64,000 nucleotides of DNA from Fuerstiella sp. (GTDB lineage: Bacteria > Planctomycetota > Planctomycetia > Planctomycetales > Planctomycetaceae), in the NCBI GenBank assembly GCA_029941865.1, contig JAPYTO010000003.1, positions 3,960-67,959 on the forward strand. The letters are read 5' to 3'. The position numbers were made by a program, and so were the translations under genes. Under the pieces are notes generated by a model. The model ran no database searches. It was not told the origin of the DNA and saw only the letters and a program-made list of their open reading frames with translations. This document shows, one piece after another, positions 10,659 through 20,832 of the stretch. The first letter of the stretch is position 1, and each line of letters begins with the position of its first letter.

Positions 10659-11654
10659 ATGGACCAGGCAATCATCGATCCCGGTGTGGGTAAATTCATT
10701 ACCGCGATTCGTGAACGTGTGGCGAAGGTCGTGGTTGGCCAGGACGTCGTCGTCGAACGCACGCTGATCGCTCTATTCACAGGCGGACACCTGCTGCTGC
10801 AGGGAGCTCCGGGGCTGGCCAAGACGCTGTTGGTATCTGTTCTGTCAAAATCGGTTGACCTCGACTTCGCCCGCATTCAGTTCACAATCGATCTGCTGCC
10901 GTCGGATATTCTTGGTTCGGAAATCCTTGACCAGCGAACCGCCGAATTCAGAACGCGCAAAGGGCCGATCTTCACCAACCTGCTGCTGGCCGACGAAATC
11001 AATCGAGCGGCACCCAAAGTCCAGGGAGCGCTGCTGGAAGCGATGCAGGAACGCCGTGTCACCATCGGCGACGAAAACTATGTTCTGCCGGCCCCGTTTC
11101 TGGTCATTGCCACTCAGAATCCAGTTGAACAGTCCGGGACTTTTGAGCTGCCCGAAGCGCAGCTGGACCGTTTCATGCTCTGTCATCGCCTCGGCTATCC
11201 CGCGCATGCCGAGGAGCGGGAAGTGCTGAAACGAAACGCGGGACTGGGCATTCAGCGGCGCGATGGCGGTGCGTTTGTGGAAACAGAATTTGACGTACTG
11301 GACAAAGAACCGGTCGGCGGCGCAGAAGATCTGATCGCCGTTATGGAGGCCGTGCACAAGGTGCATGTCAGTGATACGTTTGTGGAGCATGTGATCAATC
11401 TGGTGAGCCTGACCCGCGATCACCCCCAGATTGAACTCGGTTGCAGCCCCCGTGCCGGGATCGCCATTGTCAAGGCGTCTCGCGCTCGAGCCATCATTCA
11501 CGGCCGTGATTATTGTATCCCGGAGGACCTGTATGCTCTGGCCGAAGATGTAATTCTGCATCGCATTCGGCTGACATACGAGGCCGTTGCGGACGGGTAC
11601 ACCGGGCCGAAGGTACTGAATGCACTGTTGCAGCGTTTGGGCCGGGAGGCGTGA
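10659..11654 (+). CDS. MoxR-like AAA+ ATPase
   Basis: Walker A is GAPGLAKT and Walker B-like is LLLADEINRA. VIATQNP and LPEAQLDRF are the typical MoxR blocks. AGGA lies 8 nt upstream of the ATG at 10659. The ORF track starts at TTG 10632. Confidence 0.92.
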   Translation: MDQAIIDPGVGKFITAIRERVAKVVVGQDVVVERTLIALFTGGHLLLQGAPGLAKTLLVSVLSKSVDLDFARIQFTIDLLPSDILGSEILDQRTAEFRTRKGPIFTNLLLADEINRAAPKVQGALLEAMQERRVTIGDENYVLPAPFLVIATQNPVEQSGTFELPEAQLDRFMLCHRLGYPAHAEEREVLKRNAGLGIQRRDGGAFVETEFDVLDKEPVGGAEDLIAVMEAVHKVHVSDTFVEHVINLVSLTRDHPQIELGCSPRAGIAIVKASRARAIIHGRDYCIPEDLYALAEDVILHRIRLTYEAVADGYTGPKVLNALLQRLGREA

Positions 11655-11791
11655 TGAAACGTCTGTTAAGATCGTTGACCCACAACCCACAGGCGTGTCC
11701 ATTATTCGCAGATTCCGCTTCCGCCGAACAGACCGCTCACGTCAGCGGCCTGCGGCCAAACACCTTGCTGTGATGACGATTGGTGCCATTT

Positions 11792-12652
11792 ATGCAGGGC
11801 TACATTGAACAACTGGAGACGCTGGATGCCCGGCAGTTTGCCATTGCCGTCAAGCGGTTGGCGGACGCTCTGAGCTACGGCACAGATCGGTCACCGTTTC
11901 TGGGAAGTGGTGTCGAATATGTCCAGTCGCGGCAGTATCAGTTCGGTGACCCGGTGCGGTCAATGGACTGGAAGGTGACCGCGCGGACCGGCACACCTCA
12001 CATCAAGGAGTTTGAGACTCCGAAACGCCTGCCCTGTTATCTGCTGATCGACACGTCCGCGTCGATGATGATGGGATCAGCGCAGCGATCGAAATACGAA
12101 ACGGCGCTGCACCTGGCCGGCGGACTGGCTCTGGCGTGCCTTGAGCGTGTCAGTCCCGTCGGCGTACTCGGCGTCGGAGAAACCGATCTACACGTCCGGC
12201 CGACACTGGGCCGGGACCAGGTGCTGCAATGGCTGCTGAAACTGCGCCGCTTCCGGTTTGACGAGGGGACAACATTGTCCCGCCGGCTGCGTGAACTGCA
12301 GCCGGGGCTGTTGAACAGAACGCTGCTGCTGATCTTGAGCGATCTGCACGACCGACAGGCGGTGCCCCTGATTCGTCAATTGAATCAGCAGCACGAATGC
12401 GTGGTCGTGCAGTTGCGGGATCCGGCTGAGGACGGGCTTGCCGGAGGCGGCATTGTTCGCGGCGTGGAGGCAGAATCGTCCCGCGAGTTTGTGGCTCCGA
12501 TCGGACAGAATCGATTGTCTCAGGAATCCGTCGAACGAGATCTGCGACGTGGCGGAGTCGATCATGTGCTGATTCGGACCGATCGTCCGTTTGCCCATCT
12601 GGTGCGGCACTTTTTTGCGTCCCGCGGCGTTTTTAATCGAGGTGCCCGATGA
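11792..12652 (+). CDS. DUF58 family protein (VWA-like, MoxR partner)
   Basis: It shows the typical DUF58 pattern: GSGVEYVQSRQYQFGDPVRSMDWKVTART, KEFETPK and LLIDTSASM. The stop overlaps the next start (ATGA at 12649). Confidence 0.85.
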   Translation: MQGYIEQLETLDARQFAIAVKRLADALSYGTDRSPFLGSGVEYVQSRQYQFGDPVRSMDWKVTARTGTPHIKEFETPKRLPCYLLIDTSASMMMGSAQRSKYETALHLAGGLALACLERVSPVGVLGVGETDLHVRPTLGRDQVLQWLLKLRRFRFDEGTTLSRRLRELQPGLLNRTLLLILSDLHDRQAVPLIRQLNQQHECVVVQLRDPAEDGLAGGGIVRGVEAESSREFVAPIGQNRLSQESVERDLRRGGVDHVLIRTDRPFAHLVRHFFASRGVFNRGAR

Positions 12653-13593
12653 GCTCTAAGATCGGCACCCGGTCTGAACAGCCTGCCGTTGCCGCTCCAC
12701 GAACAATTCCCATTCTGCGAACTGCGCTGCTGATACTGCTGTCGGTTGCAGCCGGGCAACGTACATGCCCCGGCGACCCTCAGACTGCTTCCGCTGACGA
12801 AACAACGGAGGCGCGTATCGAAGGAGACAGTCTGCTGGAAGTGACGGTGGGCATGTCCGGCGTTGTCACGCAGGTGATTCTGCCGGGTACGGAACTGACG
12901 GTCCGGGAAGTCAATCCGCGGACCACGGCGATCGCAGTCCGCATCGATGACGTCTACACGCACGGCGAAGGTTTTCGATACGATCTTACCTGGTTCGGGC
13001 TCGCCCCCGGCAATCACAATCTGTGCGATTACCTCGCCCGCAAGGACGGCACGTCGACGGACGAACTGCCGGGACTTTCCGTTACCGTCAATTCCATCCT
13101 GCTGCCGGATCAGGTTCGTCCGCATGCCCCCGATTCAGGACTGCTGTCTCGCATCGGCGGATATCGGATGATGCTGAAGCTGGCGGTCGTGGTCTGGATC
13201 CTTGGACTGCTGGCAATCATTTTTGCAGGCAGGGCTCGACAGCGGGGACTCGCTGTTGCAGCATCCGAGACGGTTCTGTCGCCCGTGGATCACATGCGCC
13301 GGCTGGTCGATCGCGCTTTGGAATCGGGTGAATTGAGTGTGGAGGACAAAGCGGATCTGGATGTCAGAATCCTCAGTTTCTGGTGCGAGCGGCGACAGCT
13401 GGACAATGTCCCGCCCGGGGACGCCCTTGCGGCATTGAAGAACGATGACGAGGCCGGGCCACTGCTGATCGGCATCGAACGTTGGTTTTACAGCCGCCAT
13501 GCGCCCGATCGCGAAGAAATCATGTCTCTGCTGGCACCGCTGGCTAAACTGGCAGCCACAGCAAACGCGACCGCCCGGGAACGCGTGTCATGA
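12649..13593 (+). CDS. Hypothetical membrane protein of the Bat-like operon
   Basis: It is translationally coupled on both sides (ATGA overlaps at 12649 and 13590). There is a central TM segment, LKLAVVVWILGLLAIIFAG. I recognise no known motif. Confidence 0.65.
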   Translation: MSSKIGTRSEQPAVAAPRTIPILRTALLILLSVAAGQRTCPGDPQTASADETTEARIEGDSLLEVTVGMSGVVTQVILPGTELTVREVNPRTTAIAVRIDDVYTHGEGFRYDLTWFGLAPGNHNLCDYLARKDGTSTDELPGLSVTVNSILLPDQVRPHAPDSGLLSRIGGYRMMLKLAVVVWILGLLAIIFAGRARQRGLAVAASETVLSPVDHMRRLVDRALESGELSVEDKADLDVRILSFWCERRQLDNVPPGDALAALKNDDEAGPLLIGIERWFYSRHAPDREEIMSLLAPLAKLAATANATARERVS

Positions 13594-14555
13594 ACACCTT
13601 TGACCGACTGACTGACAGCGCGAAGGAACTGGGACTGGACTTTGCCGCTCCGTTCCCCGTGATTGCCGTTTGCCTGCTGCTGACAATGCTGTTTGTCGTC
13701 TGGATCTGGAAACGCAGAACGCGACGCGTGGCCGTACCGTACGATCACAGCAGCAAACCGGCCGGCCAGGGCTGGTGGATTTCGATTTCGGCGATGGAGA
13801 CGCTGCTTCCATTGCTGGCCGGCATCGTGCTGTTGATTCTGTGCAATCCTCTGACGACCGGTACTCCCGTCGACCAACGGTCGATGACTAACATCCAGTT
13901 CTGCGTCGATTCCTCGGGCAGCATGAACGCCCGGTTCGGTGAAGGCAATCGCTACGACGCATCGATGGCCGCCATCAATGAGTTTCTGGACTATCGCGAA
14001 GGAGACGCCTTCGGCCTGACGTTTTTCGCGTCTTCCGTCGTGCACTGGTGTCCGCTCACGACTGACAGTTCGGCGTTCCAATGTGCGATTCCGTTCATGA
14101 AACCCAACCAGCAGCGCGCCATCGGCGGCGGAACTCGGATCGGCATGGCGCTGCAGGCGTGCCGCGAAGTGCTGAATTCCCGGGAAGCCGGCGACAAAAT
14201 GATTGTGCTGGTGTCTGATGGGGTCAGTGCGGATCTGTATGGCGGGCGAGCCGAGAAGATTGCGAAGCGACTATCGGACGACAACATCGTGATTTACGCG
14301 ATCCACATCGGCGGCGGCGACGCTCCCCCGGACATTCTGACCCTGACCACCATGACAGAGGGCGAGACGTTTCTGCCCGGCGACGTGGATGCACTGGATG
14401 GCGTCTTCCGTCGCATTGATCAGATGCGGCCGGCAAAGATTGAAGCGGTCGAGTCCGAAAAGATCGACAGTTTTGCCCCATGGTGCATGGCAGCACTGGT
14501 GCTGCTGGGCTTATGGACGCTGTCGCTGTTCGGGCTGAGGTATTCGCCATGGTAG
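13590..14555 (+). CDS. VWA domain protein (BatA-like)
   Basis: It has N-terminal TM helices, a MIDAS motif DSSGSM (CVDSSGSMNARF) and a C-terminal TM. Confidence 0.88.
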   Translation: MNTFDRLTDSAKELGLDFAAPFPVIAVCLLLTMLFVVWIWKRRTRRVAVPYDHSSKPAGQGWWISISAMETLLPLLAGIVLLILCNPLTTGTPVDQRSMTNIQFCVDSSGSMNARFGEGNRYDASMAAINEFLDYREGDAFGLTFFASSVVHWCPLTTDSSAFQCAIPFMKPNQQRAIGGGTRIGMALQACREVLNSREAGDKMIVLVSDGVSADLYGGRAEKIAKRLSDDNIVIYAIHIGGGDAPPDILTLTTMTEGETFLPGDVDALDGVFRRIDQMRPAKIEAVESEKIDSFAPWCMAALVLLGLWTLSLFGLRYSPW

Positions 14556-15634
14556 AACTACCGTCGAACATCATCGTGTGGGCTTTCGCGGCGGCGACGG
14601 TCTTCGGACTGCTGACGGGCTCTGCTGAGTGGCTGCATTCCAGGCGGATCGCGCGGATCAGTGGTCTGGCTTTCGGGCCTGCCAGGAGACCGGCATTGTG
14701 GGCGCAGATGGTTCCTGTGCTGCGGACCATCGCCGTGGCCTGCCTTGCCGGTGCACTGACGATTCTGATGCTGTTGGTGCCGATGTCGCATCGTCGGCAG
14801 GGCGATGTGGTGACGTTTGAAAAGCTGAAGCACGTGGTGCTGGTACTGGACGTGTCCCCCAGCATGCGTCTGAAGGATGCCGGTCCGGACGGCAATATCA
14901 GTCGGCTGCGGCGGGCCCGGGAAGTCATGGATTCTTACTTCCAGCGAGTGCCCATGAATGAATTTCGGGTGTCCGTGATCGCCGTCTATACCGATGCGTT
15001 TCCTGTTGTCGAAGATACCAGCGACATCGGTGTGGTTCGCAACATTCTGAACGACCTGCCGATGCATTTTGCCTTCGTGCCCGGCGAAACGGATTTGTTC
15101 TCCGGGATCAGGCAAGCGGCTGAACTCTGCCGCGGCAGGCGGCCTGGCAGTACCGCGGTCATCCTGGTTGCGGACGGTGACACAGTTCCGTCAACGGGTA
15201 TGCCGCGGATGCCGGCGTCTGTGGCAGACGTGCTGGTCGTCGGTGTCGGCGACCCCAACAAAGGTTCCTTCATAAACGGACACAATTCTCGCCAGGACGT
15301 CTCCACGTTAAGGCAGATTTCCGCCCGACTGGGGGGCGTGTACCACAACGGCAATGAAAAACACCTCAGCACCGCTCTGATCGATCGTCTGACGGCCGGT
15401 ATGGAAGGCGAATCTCGTTTTCAGCTGACCATTAGAGAAGCCGCGCTGCTGCTGGCTGGCGGCAGCATCGTGATTCTGTCGATAATACCCTTTGCCCTGC
15501 ATTATCTCGGCACGGGATGGCAGCCCGGCATCCGTCAGACGGCGGAAACGGGCAAACATCCGGATTCCGACGGGCGAACGACAGCGGCGGAAACTGACGA
15601 GAATGCTGTCGAACATCTGCCGGCCGGAGTGTAG
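14549..15634 (+). CDS. VWA domain protein (BatB-like)
   Basis: The ATG at 14549 overlaps the upstream stop (ATGGTAG). It has two N-terminal TM helices, a MIDAS motif DVSPSM, and a C-terminal TM. Confidence 0.85.
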   Translation: MVELPSNIIVWAFAAATVFGLLTGSAEWLHSRRIARISGLAFGPARRPALWAQMVPVLRTIAVACLAGALTILMLLVPMSHRRQGDVVTFEKLKHVVLVLDVSPSMRLKDAGPDGNISRLRRAREVMDSYFQRVPMNEFRVSVIAVYTDAFPVVEDTSDIGVVRNILNDLPMHFAFVPGETDLFSGIRQAAELCRGRRPGSTAVILVADGDTVPSTGMPRMPASVADVLVVGVGDPNKGSFINGHNSRQDVSTLRQISARLGGVYHNGNEKHLSTALIDRLTAGMEGESRFQLTIREAALLLAGGSIVILSIIPFALHYLGTGWQPGIRQTAETGKHPDSDGRTTAAETDENAVEHLPAGV

Positions 15635-15660
15635 AATGCCGAATCAAAGGAGGCCTGAAT

Positions 15661-16269
15661 ATGCGTCGAGTACTTCTGATTGGCTGGGTGATGCTGCTGC
15701 CGCTGGGTGGGCTCTATCATCTGGTCGCGGGTCCTGAACATCAGGACATGGATAACATCGGCAAAGCTCTCGCAGAGGCGCGGGAGATGGTCGGTGCTGA
15801 AAAGTTCAGTGCGGCCGTGGCACAGTTTGAGGAAGCGCTCAAGGCGTTGCCTGTCGAATTGGTCGATGACTCGCGGAGTATTCGCCTTGAGATGGCTCAG
15901 GCAAAGATGAATGCCGCACGCCTGCCGGAATCCAACAGTGACCTGAAGACGCTGCTGGACGAAATGCTTGCGGACGAGAACCGCAGTGACGAAGGCAGCG
16001 ATGTTCAGTTCGAACAGGCGGTTCGCGAATCGCTGGCGAATTCCCAGTTCTACATGACATGGCTGATGCGGCTGGAAGGCCTGTCCGTCACCGAATGGGA
16101 ACCGGAAATCGAGTCAGCTCGTCAGAACTATCGTATGCTGGCGGAGAACGCCGAGCGTGCCGGCCAGTCAGAACGGGCGCAAAAGCAGCGTGAGAATCTT
16201 GAGGCCACCATCCGCCTCGCTCGACTGGACCTGACCGATCTGCAGGGGCTGCCCCTGCCGAATCAGTGA
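15661..16269 (+). CDS. Hypothetical helical (TPR-like, BatC-position) membrane protein
   Basis: A strong aggagg sequence lies upstream of the ATG. There is an N-terminal TM and the remainder is helical. The assignment rests on operon position only. Confidence 0.6.
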   Translation: MRRVLLIGWVMLLPLGGLYHLVAGPEHQDMDNIGKALAEAREMVGAEKFSAAVAQFEEALKALPVELVDDSRSIRLEMAQAKMNAARLPESNSDLKTLLDEMLADENRSDEGSDVQFEQAVRESLANSQFYMTWLMRLEGLSVTEWEPEIESARQNYRMLAENAERAGQSERAQKQRENLEATIRLARLDLTDLQGLPLPNQ

Positions 16270-16629
16270 AAAGGTTGCGGAACAGGGCGCGGTCGCGTTC
16301 GACGGGCATCCGGACAAAAAAGTCAGGTCCAACCAAAGGATAATCGTGGTGCTACTGCCGGTCCGCCGGGAGACGGCGTCGGTTCGTAATCGGAGACCAC
16401 GGACTTTGGGAGATTATCTGCCCCGCAGCTGGCGGTCCTTGCCGCTAAAGAACACTTCGTTGCCTGGTATCGGCCAGCCAGGAAGCTGTGCGGCGTTGAG
16501 TCGGCTACTGGCGCCGTTGAAAGTTGCAAAGCTCCGCGTCTTGTTGCTGTGCTGTCAGTCATCGGTGTCAGGACGACGCCTTTCCCGCGCAGGACGCGCT
16601 TTCACTGAGCCTTCTGTTTCTGAACTCCC

Positions 16630-19600
16630 ATGAAGACATCTGCTGCCGTTGTGGTTCTGGTCTGTTGCGTACCTACATGTGTCGAAGCACAGGTGCAGCA
16701 GGCTGCGTCAGGGCCCCTTCCGGCATTGAGCCTCCGCGCTGTGATGCCGCCAGAGGTGGTGACAGGATCGTCGCCAGGCGAGGTAGTTGTCATGCCAGGT
16801 TCTGCTACGGCGCAGACTTCGGCGTCCGCTGCCACGCCAGCCAATCCGGATCGGACCAAGCAACGGCAGTCGGTCCTGGGCAAGCTGACGTTTGATCGGC
16901 GTCCGTCTTCTATTCTGAAAGCATGGTCCACGCCGCCAAAGTCAGAAGATGACGAAACGACTGCAGCCGCAGCTGACGAGGGCAGCCCCAGAGTGCCGGA
17001 TGCTGCGACGCCGGACGATGAGAAGTCGGCAGACGCAGAAAAGCCGCTCACCGAAGAAGAACAGGCAGCCAAAGAAGCCGCCCAAAAGGCAGCAGACAAA
17101 AAGAAAGAAGACGCGGCCAGACTGAAGCAGGAAGTCGATGATCTCAAAGAGGGCGTCGAACGCTTCAAACGTAACGTCACCCTTGCCGAATGGGGGGCCG
17201 CCGCAGAATTCATCTCCACGCTTGAGGAAGCAGAACAGAAATCCGTCTATGCACAGCTACTTTCATCGCTTGTGGCGGGACCACCGGGGCAGCCAAAAAC
17301 CCGCAACGGCCAGATCATCGGTGAACGCAATACCATTCGAGCCACCGATGTCATCGCACTCGCAGAAATGTGCCCCACAGAAAAACTGGAAGACAGTCAC
17401 ATTGGGCTGCTGGGCGGTCTTGCCAACTTCTGTCAGGTGGAAGGTCAGGCAGAATACATCTTTCTGGACACATTAACCGAACACGTCGGAGCTGCCGCCG
17501 AGGATCAGAAGATCACAAAACGAATTGCGGCCCGCATACTATTTGCCGCCAACCGCATCGAACAGTCGCAGGGCTTTCTGCCACGCCTTGAGGAAGCGAC
17601 AAAGGAGCACGATACGGAAGCATTAGATGTGCTGTCCGATGTCTTTATGCGACTGCACGCCAAAGAGCGCGAAAAGACTCTGCTGGAACAATCATGGCGT
17701 GCCGCTCAGGCCCTGCTGGATTACGAAAAGACGGAGGATAACCTGCGTGAAAAAGCGCTGCGACGCTGTGTGCAGCTTGTGCCCATGATTCGGGAAGAGC
17801 TGGGTGACGAATGGCTGACCGACAGTTTCACCAGCGAACCGGAACGCGGCATGGAAATCCTCAACGCTATCGGCGGAACCTCCGCCAGGTCCATGAAGGA
17901 GCAGATGGGAAATCCGGACGCACGTGTGGCAACGCTCAAGCTGCAACAGACCGCCGTCGACGCTTTGCTGAAGACCGCACCGGAACGAGCCGACTCATGG
18001 CAGAAGACACTGCATCTGCTGGCTGCCAACTGGCTGCGTGAGGCGACCTACTCGGTCAAATATGATGCCAGCACACAACGAGGATCGTCCATGTCGCGAG
18101 ACATGTACGGGAATTATTTCTGGTCGCAGAGCAGCCGTAGTTCTTCGCAGCGGTCCGGTATGCCCCAACCAATCCCGTCCGGAAAAGTGCTCGATGGACG
18201 CCCGGGCGAAGACTGGCTGAAGTTTCTGGATGCGGGCTATCGCTCAAGATTTTCGATTGAAACGGCTCGTCTGCATCTGCGAGTCAAAGAGGAAACTGAA
18301 GCGTTTCCTTATATCGAACAGCTGGCGGCAACCCACAAAGATGACGCGCGCGATCTGGTGCAGGAGTTTCTGAACGTGTGGGCAGAGAACCATGACCCCA
18401 ATACGCAGACTCGACGCACCAGCATTTACATGTTCAGCTATGGTTTCAGCCAGCGGGCCAGCGGCATTCCACTCACTCGCAGCCGTCAGGTGCGGAATCT
18501 GGCGGAACTTGCAACATGGGCTGAACGTATCCGCCAACTGCCCATTGACGACATCGACGAACGCTGGATCTCTGCTGCCTTTACGCGCGTACACAGTTCG
18601 GCAGAAGTCTATCGTCTGGAGGACATGCAGAGGATTTTCGGCGCTGTCGAAAACATGGAACCGAAAACTCTGGCCGGAATGTTGCAGACGATGCGGGCCA
18701 ATCTGGCCGGCATCTGGCGAAAGCCGCAAGTCCAGCAGCAGAATCAGACCAATCGCAAAAAGAAAGACATCGAAGCTGAGGTGGTGCTGGGCTACGAATC
18801 TGCCAACAAGCTGTGCCGCCAGGCTTTGACCGATCATCCGGACAGCTGGGAACTGCATCTTGTCGATGCTTCGCTGCAGCATGACAGGAATGACTATCGG
18901 GCACAGCTGAAGAATTCAGCGGGCTACGCTGAGCAACGAAAGACAGCACTCTCCGGTTTCCGGAATGCCGTGACGAAGTATGTGTCGACCGTTCCGGATC
19001 TGAAGGAGTCAGAATACAGTGTCCAGCCGTTTCAGTTCTGGTTCAATGCATCACTGGGCGCTCCTGATCTGGACCAGATTACTCAGGACAAACTACCGGT
19101 TCTGAACCAGATCCCGCTGATCCGGGAGGCCATCGAATCGCTGCCGAAAGAAACTCGCGAGCAGCATCGGGCGATGTTTGCCAACGATTTGTTCACGCGG
19201 ATGAGTCGCGTGAATCCAGCTGTCAAGTTTCGCTATGTCCGCGAAGGCCTGGCCATCGTGGGCGATCACGAACAGGCGCGTGAGGCCCGCAAAGTCTACG
19301 ACTATTACAAAGACCTGGTGACGGAGATCAAGCTGGAGGCCGTGCTTGATGGTTCGCCTGCGGTGGGGCATGAACAGCCGTTCGGTGTCTTTGTAAATCT
19401 GCGGCATACCAAGGCCATCGAACGCGAATCCGGTGGCTTTGCAAGATATCTTCAGAATCAGAACAGCGGCAGCAGGTACAGTTACAACTATGGTCGCCCC
19501 ACAGAAAACTACCGGGACAAGTTCGAACAGACCGTCCGCGACGCCCTGGATGAACACTTTGAAGTTCTGTCCGTCACATTCCAGCCGGAGAACATAACGT

Positions 19601-20511
19601 CTCGGGCCACTGCCGAAGAAGGCTGGCGGACCACATCGTATGCCTACGTCCTGCTGCAGGCCCGTGGTCCCGAGATTGACCGAGTGGCTCCGTTGAAGCT
19701 GGATCTTGATTTCCTCGATACCACAGGATACGCCGTACTGCCCGTTGAATCGCAGGCGCTGTCGATCGACTGCGGCACGACCAGTCCGGACAGGCGACCG
19801 CTGCAGCAGCTGTCTGTTATTCAGACCCTGGACGAACGTCAGGCAGAGGATGACAGGCTGGTTCTGGAAGTGAAGGCGACGGGTCAGGGGCTGGTGCCGG
19901 AATTGGATCAGTTGCTCGATCTCAGTTTTGCTGATTTTGAAGTCGTGGAATCCGAAGACAACGGATTGTCCGTGTCCCGGTTCGATCCGGAAAGCAGTGC
20001 GCCGGTGGTGGTGTCTGACCGTCTGTGGACCATCACTCTGGCTGACAGGTCGGAAGCCGCAGCAGACGAACGTACGTTCATGTTTGCGTCGGCCCGCCTG
20101 CCGCTGCATGAAGAGGTCTGGCAGCGGTACGACGACGCGGATCTTGTTGAGGTCGAGCAGACCGTCGCGCTGCAGGAACATTACGATGAACCGGACCACA
20201 CCCAGGCCATTGCGACAGCGGTCGGAATCGTTTTGTGCCTGATTGCCGTCCTGGCGTGGTGGTTGCTGCGAAAGCCAGCGGCGGCGCCCGTGACTGTACA
20301 CAGATTTCAAATGCCCGCGTCTCCGACGGCATTCAACGTGCTTTCATTACTGAAAGACATCGAACGTAACAACGGCCTGTCGGCGGACGGCCGGACAGAA
20401 CTGGCCACGTCCATCAACCGAATCGAACGCTACTACTTCGCGGATCACCGCGACGGAGCAGCTCCTGACCTGCAGGACATGGCCGAGTCCTGGGTTCGCA
20501 AAGCACGTTGA
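16630..20511 (+). CDS. Large secreted, C-terminally anchored protein (BatD-position)
   Basis: This is a 1293-aa uninterrupted ORF. It has the signal peptide MKTSAAVVVLVCCVPTCVEAQ and a charged K/E/A-rich stretch. A single C-terminal TM, AVGIVLCLIAVLAWWLL, is followed by a ~75-aa tail. Confidence 0.75.
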   Translation: MKTSAAVVVLVCCVPTCVEAQVQQAASGPLPALSLRAVMPPEVVTGSSPGEVVVMPGSATAQTSASAATPANPDRTKQRQSVLGKLTFDRRPSSILKAWSTPPKSEDDETTAAAADEGSPRVPDAATPDDEKSADAEKPLTEEEQAAKEAAQKAADKKKEDAARLKQEVDDLKEGVERFKRNVTLAEWGAAAEFISTLEEAEQKSVYAQLLSSLVAGPPGQPKTRNGQIIGERNTIRATDVIALAEMCPTEKLEDSHIGLLGGLANFCQVEGQAEYIFLDTLTEHVGAAAEDQKITKRIAARILFAANRIEQSQGFLPRLEEATKEHDTEALDVLSDVFMRLHAKEREKTLLEQSWRAAQALLDYEKTEDNLREKALRRCVQLVPMIREELGDEWLTDSFTSEPERGMEILNAIGGTSARSMKEQMGNPDARVATLKLQQTAVDALLKTAPERADSWQKTLHLLAANWLREATYSVKYDASTQRGSSMSRDMYGNYFWSQSSRSSSQRSGMPQPIPSGKVLDGRPGEDWLKFLDAGYRSRFSIETARLHLRVKEETEAFPYIEQLAATHKDDARDLVQEFLNVWAENHDPNTQTRRTSIYMFSYGFSQRASGIPLTRSRQVRNLAELATWAERIRQLPIDDIDERWISAAFTRVHSSAEVYRLEDMQRIFGAVENMEPKTLAGMLQTMRANLAGIWRKPQVQQQNQTNRKKKDIEAEVVLGYESANKLCRQALTDHPDSWELHLVDASLQHDRNDYRAQLKNSAGYAEQRKTALSGFRNAVTKYVSTVPDLKESEYSVQPFQFWFNASLGAPDLDQITQDKLPVLNQIPLIREAIESLPKETREQHRAMFANDLFTRMSRVNPAVKFRYVREGLAIVGDHEQAREARKVYDYYKDLVTEIKLEAVLDGSPAVGHEQPFGVFVNLRHTKAIERESGGFARYLQNQNSGSRYSYNYGRPTENYRDKFEQTVRDALDEHFEVLSVTFQPENITSRATAEEGWRTTSYAYVLLQARGPEIDRVAPLKLDLDFLDTTGYAVLPVESQALSIDCGTTSPDRRPLQQLSVIQTLDERQAEDDRLVLEVKATGQGLVPELDQLLDLSFADFEVVESEDNGLSVSRFDPESSAPVVVSDRLWTITLADRSEAAADERTFMFASARLPLHEEVWQRYDDADLVEVEQTVALQEHYDEPDHTQAIATAVGIVLCLIAVLAWWLLRKPAAAPVTVHRFQMPASPTAFNVLSLLKDIERNNGLSADGRTELATSINRIERYYFADHRDGAAPDLQDMAESWVRKAR

Positions 20512-20832
20512 CGATGGCCGGACTCGACGTTGGACGTTCAGCGTTCGGCATTCGCCCTGTTCAGCCTCAGTTGACCGCACGCCGCGTCGATGTCCACCCC
20601 TTCCGTTTCCGCGCCGTGACCCTGGATGGATCCCCTGTGCCAGTACGATCTTTCAGTTTTATCCGGATTCGCGCGCAAGACCGGGCCGGGTGGCCCGTAA
20701 CTCCTGTGAATGCGGCGTGCAGCAATGTCTGGTGCGGGCCGCCGGCTGCCTGATGATCTACCGGAGCCCGCTCGGGCACGGCAAAGGGCAGGGACCCTTC
20801 CCGTCAGCGAAAACTCACAAGGAGATCCGGTC

